This document shows, piece by piece, positions 1-8,507 of a DNA stretch of 55,727 nucleotides (positions are counted from its first letter, which is position 1; the number at the start of each line of letters is the position of its first letter). Source of the stretch: Clostridia bacterium (GTDB lineage Bacteria > Bacillota > Clostridia > Oscillospirales > CAG-272); the NCBI GenBank assembly GCA_017628755.1, contig JAGBYM010000095.1:1-55727 (forward strand), in the 5' to 3' direction. The notes under the pieces are model-generated. The model was not told the DNA's origin and made no database searches. It worked only from the letters and a program-made list of their open reading frames with translations. Made by a program: the position numbers and the translations under genes.

Positions 1-1
1 A

Positions 2-658
2 GAGACCAAGTGCTTCTGCTTCCTGGCAGGCCACGAGTCCTTTGCCGCCGCCGAAGGCGCCATCGGTATCGCCAAGACCGCAAACAAGGTTCGTAAGGAG
101 CCCCTCCAGATCATCCTCAACGGTCTGGGCAAGGACGCCGCTCACATCATTTCCCGTATCAACGGCTTTACCTACGTGCAGACCGAGTACAACTTCACCG
201 ACAGCGAGCTGAAGATCGTGAAGACCAAGGCTTACTCCGACGGTGAAAGAGCCAAGGTTCGCTGCTACGGTGCCAACGATGTTCTCAAAGGCGTTGCTAT
301 TATGAAGCATGAGCAGGTAGATGTTTCCATCACCGGTAACTCCACCAACCCCACCCGCTTCCAGCATCCCGTTGCAGGCACCTACAAGAAGTGGTGTAAC
401 GAGAACGGCGTAAACTACGTCTCCGTTGCTTCCGGCGGCGGAACCGGCCGTACTCTCCATCCCGATAACATGGCTGCAGGCCCCGCTTCCTACGGTATGA
501 CCGATACCATGGGACGTATGCACTCCGATGCGCAGTTCGCAGGTTCTTCCTCCGTTCCCGCACACGTAGAGATGATGGGTCTCATCGGTGCAGGTAACAA
601 CCCCATGGTAGGAATGACGGTTGCAGTAGCTGTAGCAATCGAGGAAGCTTCCAAATAA
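2..658 (+). CDS. GGGtGRT family protein (5'-partial, runs off window start)
   Basis: Frame is open from position 2 (ETKCFCFLAGHESFAAAEGAIG...); contains the family motif SGGGTGRTLHPDNM; stop TAA at 656-658. Confidence 0.9.
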   Translation, partial: ETKCFCFLAGHESFAAAEGAIGIAKTANKVRKEPLQIILNGLGKDAAHIISRINGFTYVQTEYNFTDSELKIVKTKAYSDGERAKVRCYGANDVLKGVAIMKHEQVDVSITGNSTNPTRFQHPVAGTYKKWCNENGVNYVSVASGGGTGRTLHPDNMAAGPASYGMTDTMGRMHSDAQFAGSSSVPAHVEMMGLIGAGNNPMVGMTVAVAVAIEEASK

Positions 659-711
659 GCAGTTTCTTTGGTAAAAGCAACCTAGCTTCATCCGTCATTC
701 CATTATGACAT

Positions 712-750
712 GTTGCAGTTGCAGTTGCTATCGAAGAGGCTTCCAAGTAA
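712..750 (+). repeat. Duplicate of the last 13 codons of the GGGtGRT gene (VAVAVAIEEASK*), att-like scar
   Basis: 712-750 vs 620-658: same peptide, 7 synonymous differences. Confidence 0.85.
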
Positions 751-786
751 GATAATCAAAAAGGTAGGTTTTATAAGGGTTTTCGC

Positions 787-863
787 AAGTTTCAAGGAAG
801 TTTCAAACAACTTTCAAGGAACTTCGGGGCAACTGTAAGACAACTTTTAGACAACTTCCAATA
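787..863. repeat. Seven degenerate 11-bp tandem repeats (AAS-T-led units)
   Basis: aagtttcaagg/aagtttcaaac/aactttcaagg/aacttcggggc/aactgtaagac/aacttttagac/aacttccaata. Confidence 0.7.
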
Positions 864-921
864 AAAAATAGTTGGACACATCATTTTTGGGTTTTACCCT
901 GTGATGTGTCCAATTGTTTTT
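864..921. terminator. Inverted repeat, probable intrinsic terminator
   Basis: ttggacacatca...tgatgtgtccaa flanked by A- and T-tracts. Confidence 0.65.
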
Positions 922-953
922 ATCAGCAAACTTAACAAAAAGCATTAAAGCAC

Positions 954-983
954 TTGACAAGTCAGTTTCTTTTATTGTATAAT
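954..983 (+). promoter_or_regulatory. sigma-A promoter
   Basis: TTGACA-18 nt-TATAAT upstream of the AAAGGAG RBS of the 1020 CDS. Confidence 0.75.
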
Positions 984-1019
984 AAATGTAACTATTTATA
1001 ATGCTTAAAGGAGAACATT

Positions 1020-2564
1020 ATGAAATCTTACGCAAGAATCATCGCGCTCATTTTCGCGGTTCTTATGCTCATTCCCTCGCTTGTTGCTTGTGCCAACACA
1101 AATGAGGGTGAGACCACCACAGAGCCCGCGCAGAGCCAGGCAACACCCGAAAGCACCGGCCCCGAAAAGGATCCCAACTATGACGACGACGGATTCTGGA
1201 AGGACGATCTTCCCACAGATCTCAACTTCAACGAGATCGTTACCGTTCTTTACTGGGATGACGTTGAGCGTCCCGAGTTCGAGATAACCGAAGAACAGGC
1301 CGACACCGACATGGTCAACGAGGCTATCTACCGCAGAAACGTTACCACCGAGGACCGCCTGGGCGTCACCTTTGAGTGGATCGGTACCCCTGGCGACAGC
1401 GGCGACCGCGCAAAATTCGCAAGCTTCGTTCAGAACGCTTATTCCGGCGGTACATATTACGATATCATCGCTACCTACTCGAGAACTGCCGGTATGCTTC
1501 TCACCGAAGGTCTCATTCAGGACCTCAACGCTATCGAGGACAGCCACCTTAACACCGCTCAGCCCTGGTGGCCCAAGACGATGCTCGAGACCTGCTCGAT
1601 CAAGGACTCTCTCTTCTTCGTATCGGGCGATATTTCGACCAATGTGCTCCACTTCATGTATGCAGTTTACTACAACATGGATATGCTCAAGAACTTCCAG
1701 ATCGAGGATCCCATCTCTCTTGTTGACAGCAACCAGTGGACCATCGACAAGCTCATTGAACTTTCCTCAGATCTTTACCAGGATCTTGACCAGGACGGCG
1801 CACAGTCCGATAACGACCAATACGGATTCTGCTCCACCTACTTCCACCTTGACGCATTCTATACCGGTTCGGATATGATGTGCATTGTTCCCGATGCGGA
1901 TGACGTCCTTGCTATCTCTCCCGAATTCTTCGGTCAGAAGACCACCGACCTTGTTGACAAGCTCGGCGGTTGGTTCAAGGAAGGCGACACATACGTTAAT
2001 CCCCACGGCGGCAGCCGCAACTATTCGGTCCCCTTCAATGAAGGCAATTGCGCATTCCGTCTTGACCGCGTATACGTAGCAGATAACGTTTACCACAACG
2101 GCGCGCTCCGTAACGCAGACTTCGAGTACGGTATCCTTCCTGTTCCGCTCTACGACGAAAACCAGGAAGACTACATCACCGTAGTCGGCAACCCCTTCAC
2201 TCTCTGGTGCGTAATGCAGAATGCAAAGGATCCCACTATGAGCTCCGCGGTTATCGAATGTATGGCATCCGAGGGATACCGCAAGACCTCTCCCATGATC
2301 TTCGAGAACAATATGAAGTACCGTTACACTCCCGATAACGCAGGTAAGGGTGACGGCGCCCGTATGTTCGATATCGTTCGTCAGTCGATCGCATTCGACC
2401 TCGGCCGTATCTTCTCCGACAGCCTCCAGTTTATGAGTGAGATGCCCTCCAAAACTGCAGCTTCCTCCAAGAGCTGGGCAACAGAAAAGGCTCAGTACGA
2501 CAGAATCCTCAAGAGAGCGATGGTCGACCTCAACAAGAGTCTCGAAGCTGTTCTTGACAATTAA
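1020..2564 (+). CDS. Extracellular solute-binding lipoprotein (SBP family 1-like), orphan
   Basis: Signal peptide with lipobox LVAC; WTIDKL, YGILPVPLYDENQ and FDLG motifs typical of clostridial sugar-type SBPs; RBS present. Confidence 0.8.
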   Translation: MKSYARIIALIFAVLMLIPSLVACANTNEGETTTEPAQSQATPESTGPEKDPNYDDDGFWKDDLPTDLNFNEIVTVLYWDDVERPEFEITEEQADTDMVNEAIYRRNVTTEDRLGVTFEWIGTPGDSGDRAKFASFVQNAYSGGTYYDIIATYSRTAGMLLTEGLIQDLNAIEDSHLNTAQPWWPKTMLETCSIKDSLFFVSGDISTNVLHFMYAVYYNMDMLKNFQIEDPISLVDSNQWTIDKLIELSSDLYQDLDQDGAQSDNDQYGFCSTYFHLDAFYTGSDMMCIVPDADDVLAISPEFFGQKTTDLVDKLGGWFKEGDTYVNPHGGSRNYSVPFNEGNCAFRLDRVYVADNVYHNGALRNADFEYGILPVPLYDENQEDYITVVGNPFTLWCVMQNAKDPTMSSAVIECMASEGYRKTSPMIFENNMKYRYTPDNAGKGDGARMFDIVRQSIAFDLGRIFSDSLQFMSEMPSKTAASSKSWATEKAQYDRILKRAMVDLNKSLEAVLDN

Positions 2565-2577
2565 CGGTTAATACTAC

Positions 2578-2617
2578 AGTCAGACACATTATTACCTTAT
2601 AATGTGTCTGACTTTTT
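2578..2617 (+). terminator. Intrinsic terminator
   Basis: agtcagacacattat/ataatgtgtctgact stem followed by T-run. Confidence 0.85.
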
Positions 2618-2631
2618 ATATGTACGATCTC

Positions 2632-2660
2632 TTGACTTCTCCTGTAAAAAATGATATAAT
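2632..2660 (+). promoter_or_regulatory. sigma-A promoter with extended -10
   Basis: TTGACT-17 nt-TATAAT with TG at the extended position. Confidence 0.7.
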
Positions 2661-2681
2661 GATTCAAAAGGAGGGGATTCT

Positions 2682-3266
2682 ATGGCTAAAATCTGCAAGA
2701 ATTGCGGCGTAAAACACAAAAACAGCGCAACTTACTGCGTCATGTGCGGTGAGCCGTTTTATAGTGAACAAGGATTGAAGAAAAGAAAAATCCACCGTAT
2801 AATCGGCATCGTTCTCGGCGTTCTCGCCTTGACCGCGGGTGTTCTCTTCATCTTCACTGCAGGACCTAAAGCCGCTGTAAGACGTATTCTCAACGGCTAC
2901 AAAAGGAATGATCCCGACGCTGTCATAGCATCCTATCCGGATTTTCTTATCGAGTCGAATCAAGTTGACAAAGACCAACTGATTCTGAGCACTCAAATCA
3001 ACGTCAAAGACATGTCGGATTACATATTCATGTACAAACTCGGAAAATCCGAAGACCCTTCCGAGAAAGAATACGAAGAACTTATGGAAGCATTCCGCTT
3101 TTATGCGGGCGAAGATTTCTCCGAGGATGACATTCAAAGCATAAAGATCATTTGGGTGGATTATACCGGCAACGTACCCGCGGTATGGCCGTCCCGTGCG
3201 GCGCGCTTTATCGTTATCAAATACGAGGGTCGCTGGTATTGGTGGCCCGAAACAGTAAACAGATAA
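2682..3266 (+). CDS. Zinc-ribbon, single-TM membrane protein (paralog A)
   Basis: CKNC...CVMC N-terminus, hydrophobic helix, C-terminal GRWYWWPETVNR; strong RBS AGGAGG. Confidence 0.75.
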   Translation: MAKICKNCGVKHKNSATYCVMCGEPFYSEQGLKKRKIHRIIGIVLGVLALTAGVLFIFTAGPKAAVRRILNGYKRNDPDAVIASYPDFLIESNQVDKDQLILSTQINVKDMSDYIFMYKLGKSEDPSEKEYEELMEAFRFYAGEDFSEDDIQSIKIIWVDYTGNVPAVWPSRAARFIVIKYEGRWYWWPETVNR

Positions 3267-3278
3267 AAGGAAAATTTC

Positions 3279-3863
3279 ATGTCCAAGGTTTGCAAGAATT
3301 GCGGCGTCAGGCACCGCAACAGCGCGAAGAAATGCGCTATGTGCCGAACGGAATTTAACGATTCTCATATTTATGCCAAAAGAAGAAGGCTCATAATTCT
3401 TGCAGTCTGCGGAGTCCTTCTGATATCATCGGCCATAGCTTATTCAGTTTATTCCGCTACTCCCGAGGCGGCGGTACGACGCATTATGAATGCTTACAAT
3501 GAAGGCGATGTTGACACGGTAATTTCCTACTATCCTGATTTCTATTTGGAATCCGATAAGGTCAATCGCGAAAGACTCCTGCTCGATGCCGAATTCGGAG
3601 TTAAAAAAATGGCTAAAGAATTATACACCTTCTATCTTGAAAAACCCGAAACACCTTCCGAGAGAGAATGTGAGGAGCTGTTGGAAAACTTCAAGTATTA
3701 CGGCGGTGAAAACTTCGATGAAGAAAAGCTCGGCGAAATCAAAATGGTCTGGGTAGATTACAGAATCGACATCTATTACTTCTGGCCGAAACGCGGAACA
3801 CGCTTCATCGTCTTTGAATACGACGGACGCTGGTGCTGGTGGCCGGATAATGTGAACAGATAA
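3279..3863 (+). CDS. Zinc-ribbon, single-TM membrane protein (paralog B)
   Basis: CKNC...CAMC, TM helix, GRWCWWPDNVNR; same length (194 aa) and colinear with paralog A. Confidence 0.75.
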   Translation: MSKVCKNCGVRHRNSAKKCAMCRTEFNDSHIYAKRRRLIILAVCGVLLISSAIAYSVYSATPEAAVRRIMNAYNEGDVDTVISYYPDFYLESDKVNRERLLLDAEFGVKKMAKELYTFYLEKPETPSERECEELLENFKYYGGENFDEEKLGEIKMVWVDYRIDIYYFWPKRGTRFIVFEYDGRWCWWPDNVNR

Positions 3864-3885
3864 ACCGAAAATCATAGGAGGCACT

Positions 3886-5451
3886 ATGAAACAACGAACC
3901 CAAAATCCTTTTATAAAAACCTTTCTGCCTGCGGTGGCATTCGGCGCGCTGACGGGTGTGCTTACATCCGTCGCGGTTAACCTTTACAAGGTATGCGCAA
4001 AATTTGCGATCTCATGGTCCGAAAAGGGATACCATTACATCGGCGAAAAGCTCTACATAATTCCCATTGTCCTTGCAGTCTTCCTCATCCCCGCTTTTCT
4101 GTTTGCCTTTATCTACAAGCGTATTCCGAATTTGCGCGGGGGCGGAATCCCGACCTCGATCGGTATTTTGCGAGGCATTATTGCCTTCAAATGGGTGCGC
4201 AACCTCGTCGGAATTTTCAGCATGTCGCTCGTCTCGTTCCTGATCGGCGTACCGCTTGGAAACGAAGGACCTTCGGTTCAGATGGGAGTTGCGATCGGAC
4301 GAGGAAGTGTATTTTCCTTCGGACAAAAATATCACGTATGGGACCGTTACTCAATGACGGGCGGTGCCTGCTCGGGCTTTGCCACGGCAACGGGCGCACC
4401 GATCTCGGGGATTCTGTTTGCGATCGAAGAAGCGCATCAGCGAATCTCGCCCATGATTCTGACTATCGCCGCATCCTCGGTAATGTCCGCATCGCTCACA
4501 ACAGAAATACTCGCTCCTTTGCTCGGCGTCAGCAAAACTCTCTTCCCTGCGATGGAGCTTCCGACGCTGACGCTGAAGGACATCTGGATCCCTCTCTCGG
4601 TCGGCGTGATAATGGGTCTGTTCGCGGTTCTTTTCCTCAGATATTACCGCCTCGTCTTCTCGTTTTTCAATAAAACGCTCAAGCGCATTTCACACGGTTG
4701 GAAGATATTCATCGTCTTTTCGCTGACCTTTGCGGCGGGACTTTGCTCCTACTCATTCATTTCAACGGGTCACGAGCTCATCCTTCATCTGCTGAGCGAA
4801 AAGACCGCGATCCTCATGCTCCTTCTCATTCTGATCGTCCGCTCGACGCTCACTCTCTGCGCCAACTCAAACCGCGTCACGGGCGGTATCTTCCTTCCGC
4901 TTATGGCTATCGGCGCGATCGTAGCCTCGATTTTTGCGAGAATCCTCGGCAGTTTCGGACTTGACAGCTCATATCAGACCGTCATTCTCGTTCTCGGCAT
5001 CGTCGCCTGCATCGCTGGTATGATGAAAATGCCGCTGACCGCAATAGTTTTTGCCGTTGAAGCACTTTCTTGCTACGACAACGTTATCTTCGTCATCGCG
5101 GCGGCGGGAGTAGCCTACGTTATAACCGAGATCTTCGGTGCCGAGTCGATCAACGACCGCGTGCTTGAAAACCTCGTTCACGAGATCAACGAGGGCAAGA
5201 GCACCACCATCATCGACAAATACGTACCAGTCGGTAAGAACGCCTTTGCCGTGGGTATGCACATCCGCGATATTTTCTGGCCTAACGGACTTTTCGTCCT
5301 TTCTCACAAGCGCACCCTTCCGCCCGAGGAACGTGACAAACGCGCACCCGGCGCGATACACGAGGGCGATATGCTTCACGTGCGGTGCACCACGTTTGAC
5401 GCCGCACATACCGAAGAAAAGCTCAAGCTTATAATAGGCGACTGGGAATAG
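3886..5451 (+). CDS. ClC-family anion channel/antiporter with probable C-terminal TrkA-C domain
   Basis: Motifs GGGIP, GNEGP, FAIEE, GGIFLP; many TM helices; RBS AGGAGG. Confidence 0.88.
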   Translation: MKQRTQNPFIKTFLPAVAFGALTGVLTSVAVNLYKVCAKFAISWSEKGYHYIGEKLYIIPIVLAVFLIPAFLFAFIYKRIPNLRGGGIPTSIGILRGIIAFKWVRNLVGIFSMSLVSFLIGVPLGNEGPSVQMGVAIGRGSVFSFGQKYHVWDRYSMTGGACSGFATATGAPISGILFAIEEAHQRISPMILTIAASSVMSASLTTEILAPLLGVSKTLFPAMELPTLTLKDIWIPLSVGVIMGLFAVLFLRYYRLVFSFFNKTLKRISHGWKIFIVFSLTFAAGLCSYSFISTGHELILHLLSEKTAILMLLLILIVRSTLTLCANSNRVTGGIFLPLMAIGAIVASIFARILGSFGLDSSYQTVILVLGIVACIAGMMKMPLTAIVFAVEALSCYDNVIFVIAAAGVAYVITEIFGAESINDRVLENLVHEINEGKSTTIIDKYVPVGKNAFAVGMHIRDIFWPNGLFVLSHKRTLPPEERDKRAPGAIHEGDMLHVRCTTFDAAHTEEKLKLIIGDWE

Positions 5452-5614
5452 CCCTGAAAAGATAAAAATCATGCTTGATCTCAAAAACTTTATCCATTCA
5501 AGCAGGGAGACCGACCTTTCGGCCAATACCTTTGCAGCGAGCGTCTTCTTTCCGAAGAATGGGTAAAGACAAACGCGATGCGGTTCAAAAGCATATTCTG
5601 CCGCAGATATAAAC

Positions 5615-5650
5615 GAAAACCGTTTCGGCTTGCGCCGAAACGGTTTCATT
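5615..5650. terminator. Terminator hairpin between convergent genes
   Basis: aaaccgtttcggc-ttgc-gccgaaacggttt. Confidence 0.8.
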
Positions 5651-5651
5651 T

Positions 5652-7484
5652 TTATTTTCCGAAAATATCAATCGGTACTTTTGAAGTTGTCGGTCCGCAG
5701 ACCTCGAGGCGGTAGCCGTCAGCAGTTTTGACGAATCTTACGGGGTCGATTGCAACGTGTCTCGGCTGGACTGCGGTGGGGGTATTATGAACGTGGTAAA
5801 CCATAACCATTCCGCCCGCGGGAGTTTCTATGATTGAGCAATGTCCCGTACCGCGAGTGTCGGCGGTTCCGCGCAGGATCGGATTATTTGCGCTCTTGAC
5901 GAAGCCTTCAAGCGGTTTGGTCGAAGTTGCGTAACCCACAGCGTAATCCGCCTGATAGTTGCTTCCCGAATAGACCATGTAATATACACCGTCTTTTTTC
6001 AGCATATAGGGCGCTTCAACGATTCCGCCCATATTCATTGAGCTTTCCCAATCCTCTGTGGGTGTGAAGATAAGCTTCTCGGTCTCCCACTTAGGGGTGA
6101 GGCAATCCGCCTCCATCTCGACGCCCCAGATGCCGTAGGCTCTGCCGTCACACCAGGAGGTGTAGTAGAGGTAGATTCTGCCGTCCTCGTCAACGAAAAT
6201 ATGTCCGTCGATGGTCTTGGTAAGGAAAGGCATGTCGCCCGCGCAGACAAAAGGACCTTCGGGTCTGTCCGCAACCGCAATGCCGAATCCCGCCTCGCCC
6301 ATCGAGACTGCCATATAGAACTTGCCGTTAATGTATTCAACGTCGGGCGCCCACATATATCTCTTGTCGATATTCCAGGAAACCTCGAGGAGAGAGACGC
6401 CCACCAATTCCCACTTTGCAAGATCGGCAGAGCGATATACGGGATAGTGATCGCCCGTCACGTACATATAATAGTAACCCTCGTGATAGATTATATCGGG
6501 GTCGGCGGCATTCATAATGACGTTGTTCTGATAGGTCGTACCGGAAGCCAAGGTCGAAACAGTTCCGAACTCGGGCGCCGAAAGAAGCGCGCCGTAACCG
6601 GTTGCTTCGCAGACGTAAACCGCACCGGCGAGCTCACTTGCCTTGATCTCGAAAGCAGCCCAAGGCTCAAGATCCAACTCGGGATCGCTCAGATACGCGC
6701 GCAGATACTCGCCGTCATAGGAACACATAACGTTGTACTTCTTTCCGATCTCGGAAATAACGACCTTCTTTGCAAGCTCGGTTCTCTTATTTTCCTGCTT
6801 GTAAAGAGCAACGCTTCCTGCGGTGAATTCCACAACGTATCCGCGGAATTTCGAGTCTTTCACATCACCGATGCGTATCTCGACCGCGCTCTTGGAATTC
6901 GAAAGCTCTGCCGTGAAGCCGATGGAAGTGTTTTTCGCAAATGAATCAGCAGCAGGCTTGGTTTTCAACGTATCCGCAATGATGCAGAAATCACTCGGCA
7001 GAGACATATTGCCCAAAGCAAGCGCTTCCATCAGACGGAATACGGCAGCATCGTAAAGTTCCTCTTCACTTGCCCAAATAATGATCTTTTTGCCGACGAC
7101 CTTTATGATCAGATCGTGCGCTTCGATATCCTCAAGCATCGCCTGGGTTTCGGCACGGTTGGTCTTGCCTATGAGAATTTCGCACTCGCGCTCATCTGTG
7201 GTGTCAGTTCTATAGGGAAGGTTGGCCTCGGTTTCTCTCTGGAAAGTGTTTGAGAGAAGGAGCGCGAAATATTTTTCCTTAAATCCGTCGCTCGGGTAAA
7301 CGATTATATAATCCGAAGGGTTGATAACCAATGGCATGGCTTCAGTCTCACTTTCTTCTAAGCTTGTTTCGGGAATGTCTGTTGTTTCGGCGGGGCTATC
7401 ACCGTTATTGCAGGATACAAAAACAGCAAACAGTAATAATAAAGTCAAAAAAATTACTAAAAGTCTTTTCATTTTAGTCGTCAC
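5652..7484 (-). CDS. Glycoside hydrolase family 43 lipoprotein (start could be ATG at 7472)
   Basis: Lipobox FVSC; GH43 beta-propeller motifs ADPDI, WAPDV, IDGHIF, VEAPY, GTGH. Confidence 0.85.
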   Translation of the reverse strand: MTTKMKRLLVIFLTLLLLFAVFVSCNNGDSPAETTDIPETSLEESETEAMPLVINPSDYIIVYPSDGFKEKYFALLLSNTFQRETEANLPYRTDTTDERECEILIGKTNRAETQAMLEDIEAHDLIIKVVGKKIIIWASEEELYDAAVFRLMEALALGNMSLPSDFCIIADTLKTKPAADSFAKNTSIGFTAELSNSKSAVEIRIGDVKDSKFRGYVVEFTAGSVALYKQENKRTELAKKVVISEIGKKYNVMCSYDGEYLRAYLSDPELDLEPWAAFEIKASELAGAVYVCEATGYGALLSAPEFGTVSTLASGTTYQNNVIMNAADPDIIYHEGYYYMYVTGDHYPVYRSADLAKWELVGVSLLEVSWNIDKRYMWAPDVEYINGKFYMAVSMGEAGFGIAVADRPEGPFVCAGDMPFLTKTIDGHIFVDEDGRIYLYYTSWCDGRAYGIWGVEMEADCLTPKWETEKLIFTPTEDWESSMNMGGIVEAPYMLKKDGVYYMVYSGSNYQADYAVGYATSTKPLEGFVKSANNPILRGTADTRGTGHCSIIETPAGGMVMVYHVHNTPTAVQPRHVAIDPVRFVKTADGYRLEVCGPTTSKVPIDIFGK

Positions 7485-8290
7485 GCCTGATTAAAAAGTC
7501 CGATAAGGTATTTCGAAATATCGACCGAATACTTTTCGTATGTCTCTCTTGCTACGGGATCGGGGATGTTTTCCGGCTGGAGTTCAAAATTGAATTCACC
7601 CTCGTAGCCCGCATCCTTGAGTGCCTTCATAATGTCCGCCCAGGGAGCTGTGCCCATAAAGGGAGCTTTGTGCATATCCGTAGCGCGGTTGTTATCGTGA
7701 ACGTGGAGCATCTTGATGCGCTTGCCCATAGCCGCAATAACATCGGGAACGTTGTTATCGAAGAACTTATTTATATGGGCGTGGCCTATATCAAGGCAGA
7801 TTCCGACCTTATATCCCTCTGCGGCGAGAATGTCAACGACCTCAATAAGCTCATTTATCGGGCGTTTAGCCATATTTTCGATCGCAAGACCGATATTCTT
7901 TACGCCCGATTCTGCAAAAAGTCGCTTGACATACTCAACCGTGCCCTCAACCGTGCTTACGTGCATAACAGCCCATTCAGCGCCGAGATATTCGGATGCC
8001 TGAAGCGAACGGACGGTCAGCGGATGACAGTACGCGAACTTCTCGGACTCGGTGTCTGTATAGTCGTAGCGATAGGGCAGATGGGTTGTCGCGATCTTAA
8101 TGCCGACCTCCTTCGCCTTTGCTATGTAAGGATCAAGATTCTTTTCCCAATCCTCGCTGTCAAGGATATCCTCGTGCGGATAGGGATCATTGTGATAGAT
8201 AACACGGGTAAATCCAACGTCGATCGCATCATATCCGAGCTCCTTGAGCTTTTCGATCTTTCTGATATTTGCATTTGCGGAAAGTAACAT
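7481..8290 (-). CDS. Sugar phosphate isomerase/epimerase (AP endonuclease 2 TIM barrel)
   Basis: IENM, CLDIGHAH, LHVHDN, D-x-H and FNFE motifs; RBS GGAGG. Confidence 0.85.
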   Translation of the reverse strand: MLLSANANIRKIEKLKELGYDAIDVGFTRVIYHNDPYPHEDILDSEDWEKNLDPYIAKAKEVGIKIATTHLPYRYDYTDTESEKFAYCHPLTVRSLQASEYLGAEWAVMHVSTVEGTVEYVKRLFAESGVKNIGLAIENMAKRPINELIEVVDILAAEGYKVGICLDIGHAHINKFFDNNVPDVIAAMGKRIKMLHVHDNNRATDMHKAPFMGTAPWADIMKALKDAGYEGEFNFELQPENIPDPVARETYEKYSVDISKYLIGLFNQA

Positions 8291-8361
8291 TGTTCTTCCT
8301 CCAAAAATTATTTCTTTAAAAATCCTAATACAATATAAAATTCAGCAAATATAATAAAATC

Positions 8362-8506
8362 CGTTTTTTCGGCGGCTTTGCCGACGAAAAAACACCTTTC
8401 AGACGAGCCGGGCGAGTCCGCGCGCCGAGGGGAGCTGTCAAAATCTGCGATTTTGACGAGCGGCGATAAGCGCGCGACTCAATTGTAAAACGCAGTTTTA
8501 CAATTG
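8362..8506 (-). repeat. About 145-bp multi-hairpin intergenic repeat, copy 1
   Basis: Near-identical reverse complement of 42014-42159. Confidence 0.9.
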
Positions 8507-8507
8507 G

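Noticed and set aside
620-750. Diversity-generating retroelement VR/TR pair
   Set aside because: Differences are synonymous and not adenine-specific, the repeat is only 39 bp, and no reverse transcriptase is present.
3886-5451. CLC-F fluoride exporter with fluoride riboswitch
   Set aside because: Lacks the GNNLI/GMGLI, GREGT and GEVTP signatures, and no riboswitch consensus was seen upstream.
5471-5612. 31-codon ORF (5471-5566) and an off-frame RLLSEEWV fragment resembling a serine-hydrolase remnant
   Set aside because: Too short, no RBS; the similarity cannot be supported without a tBLASTn search.
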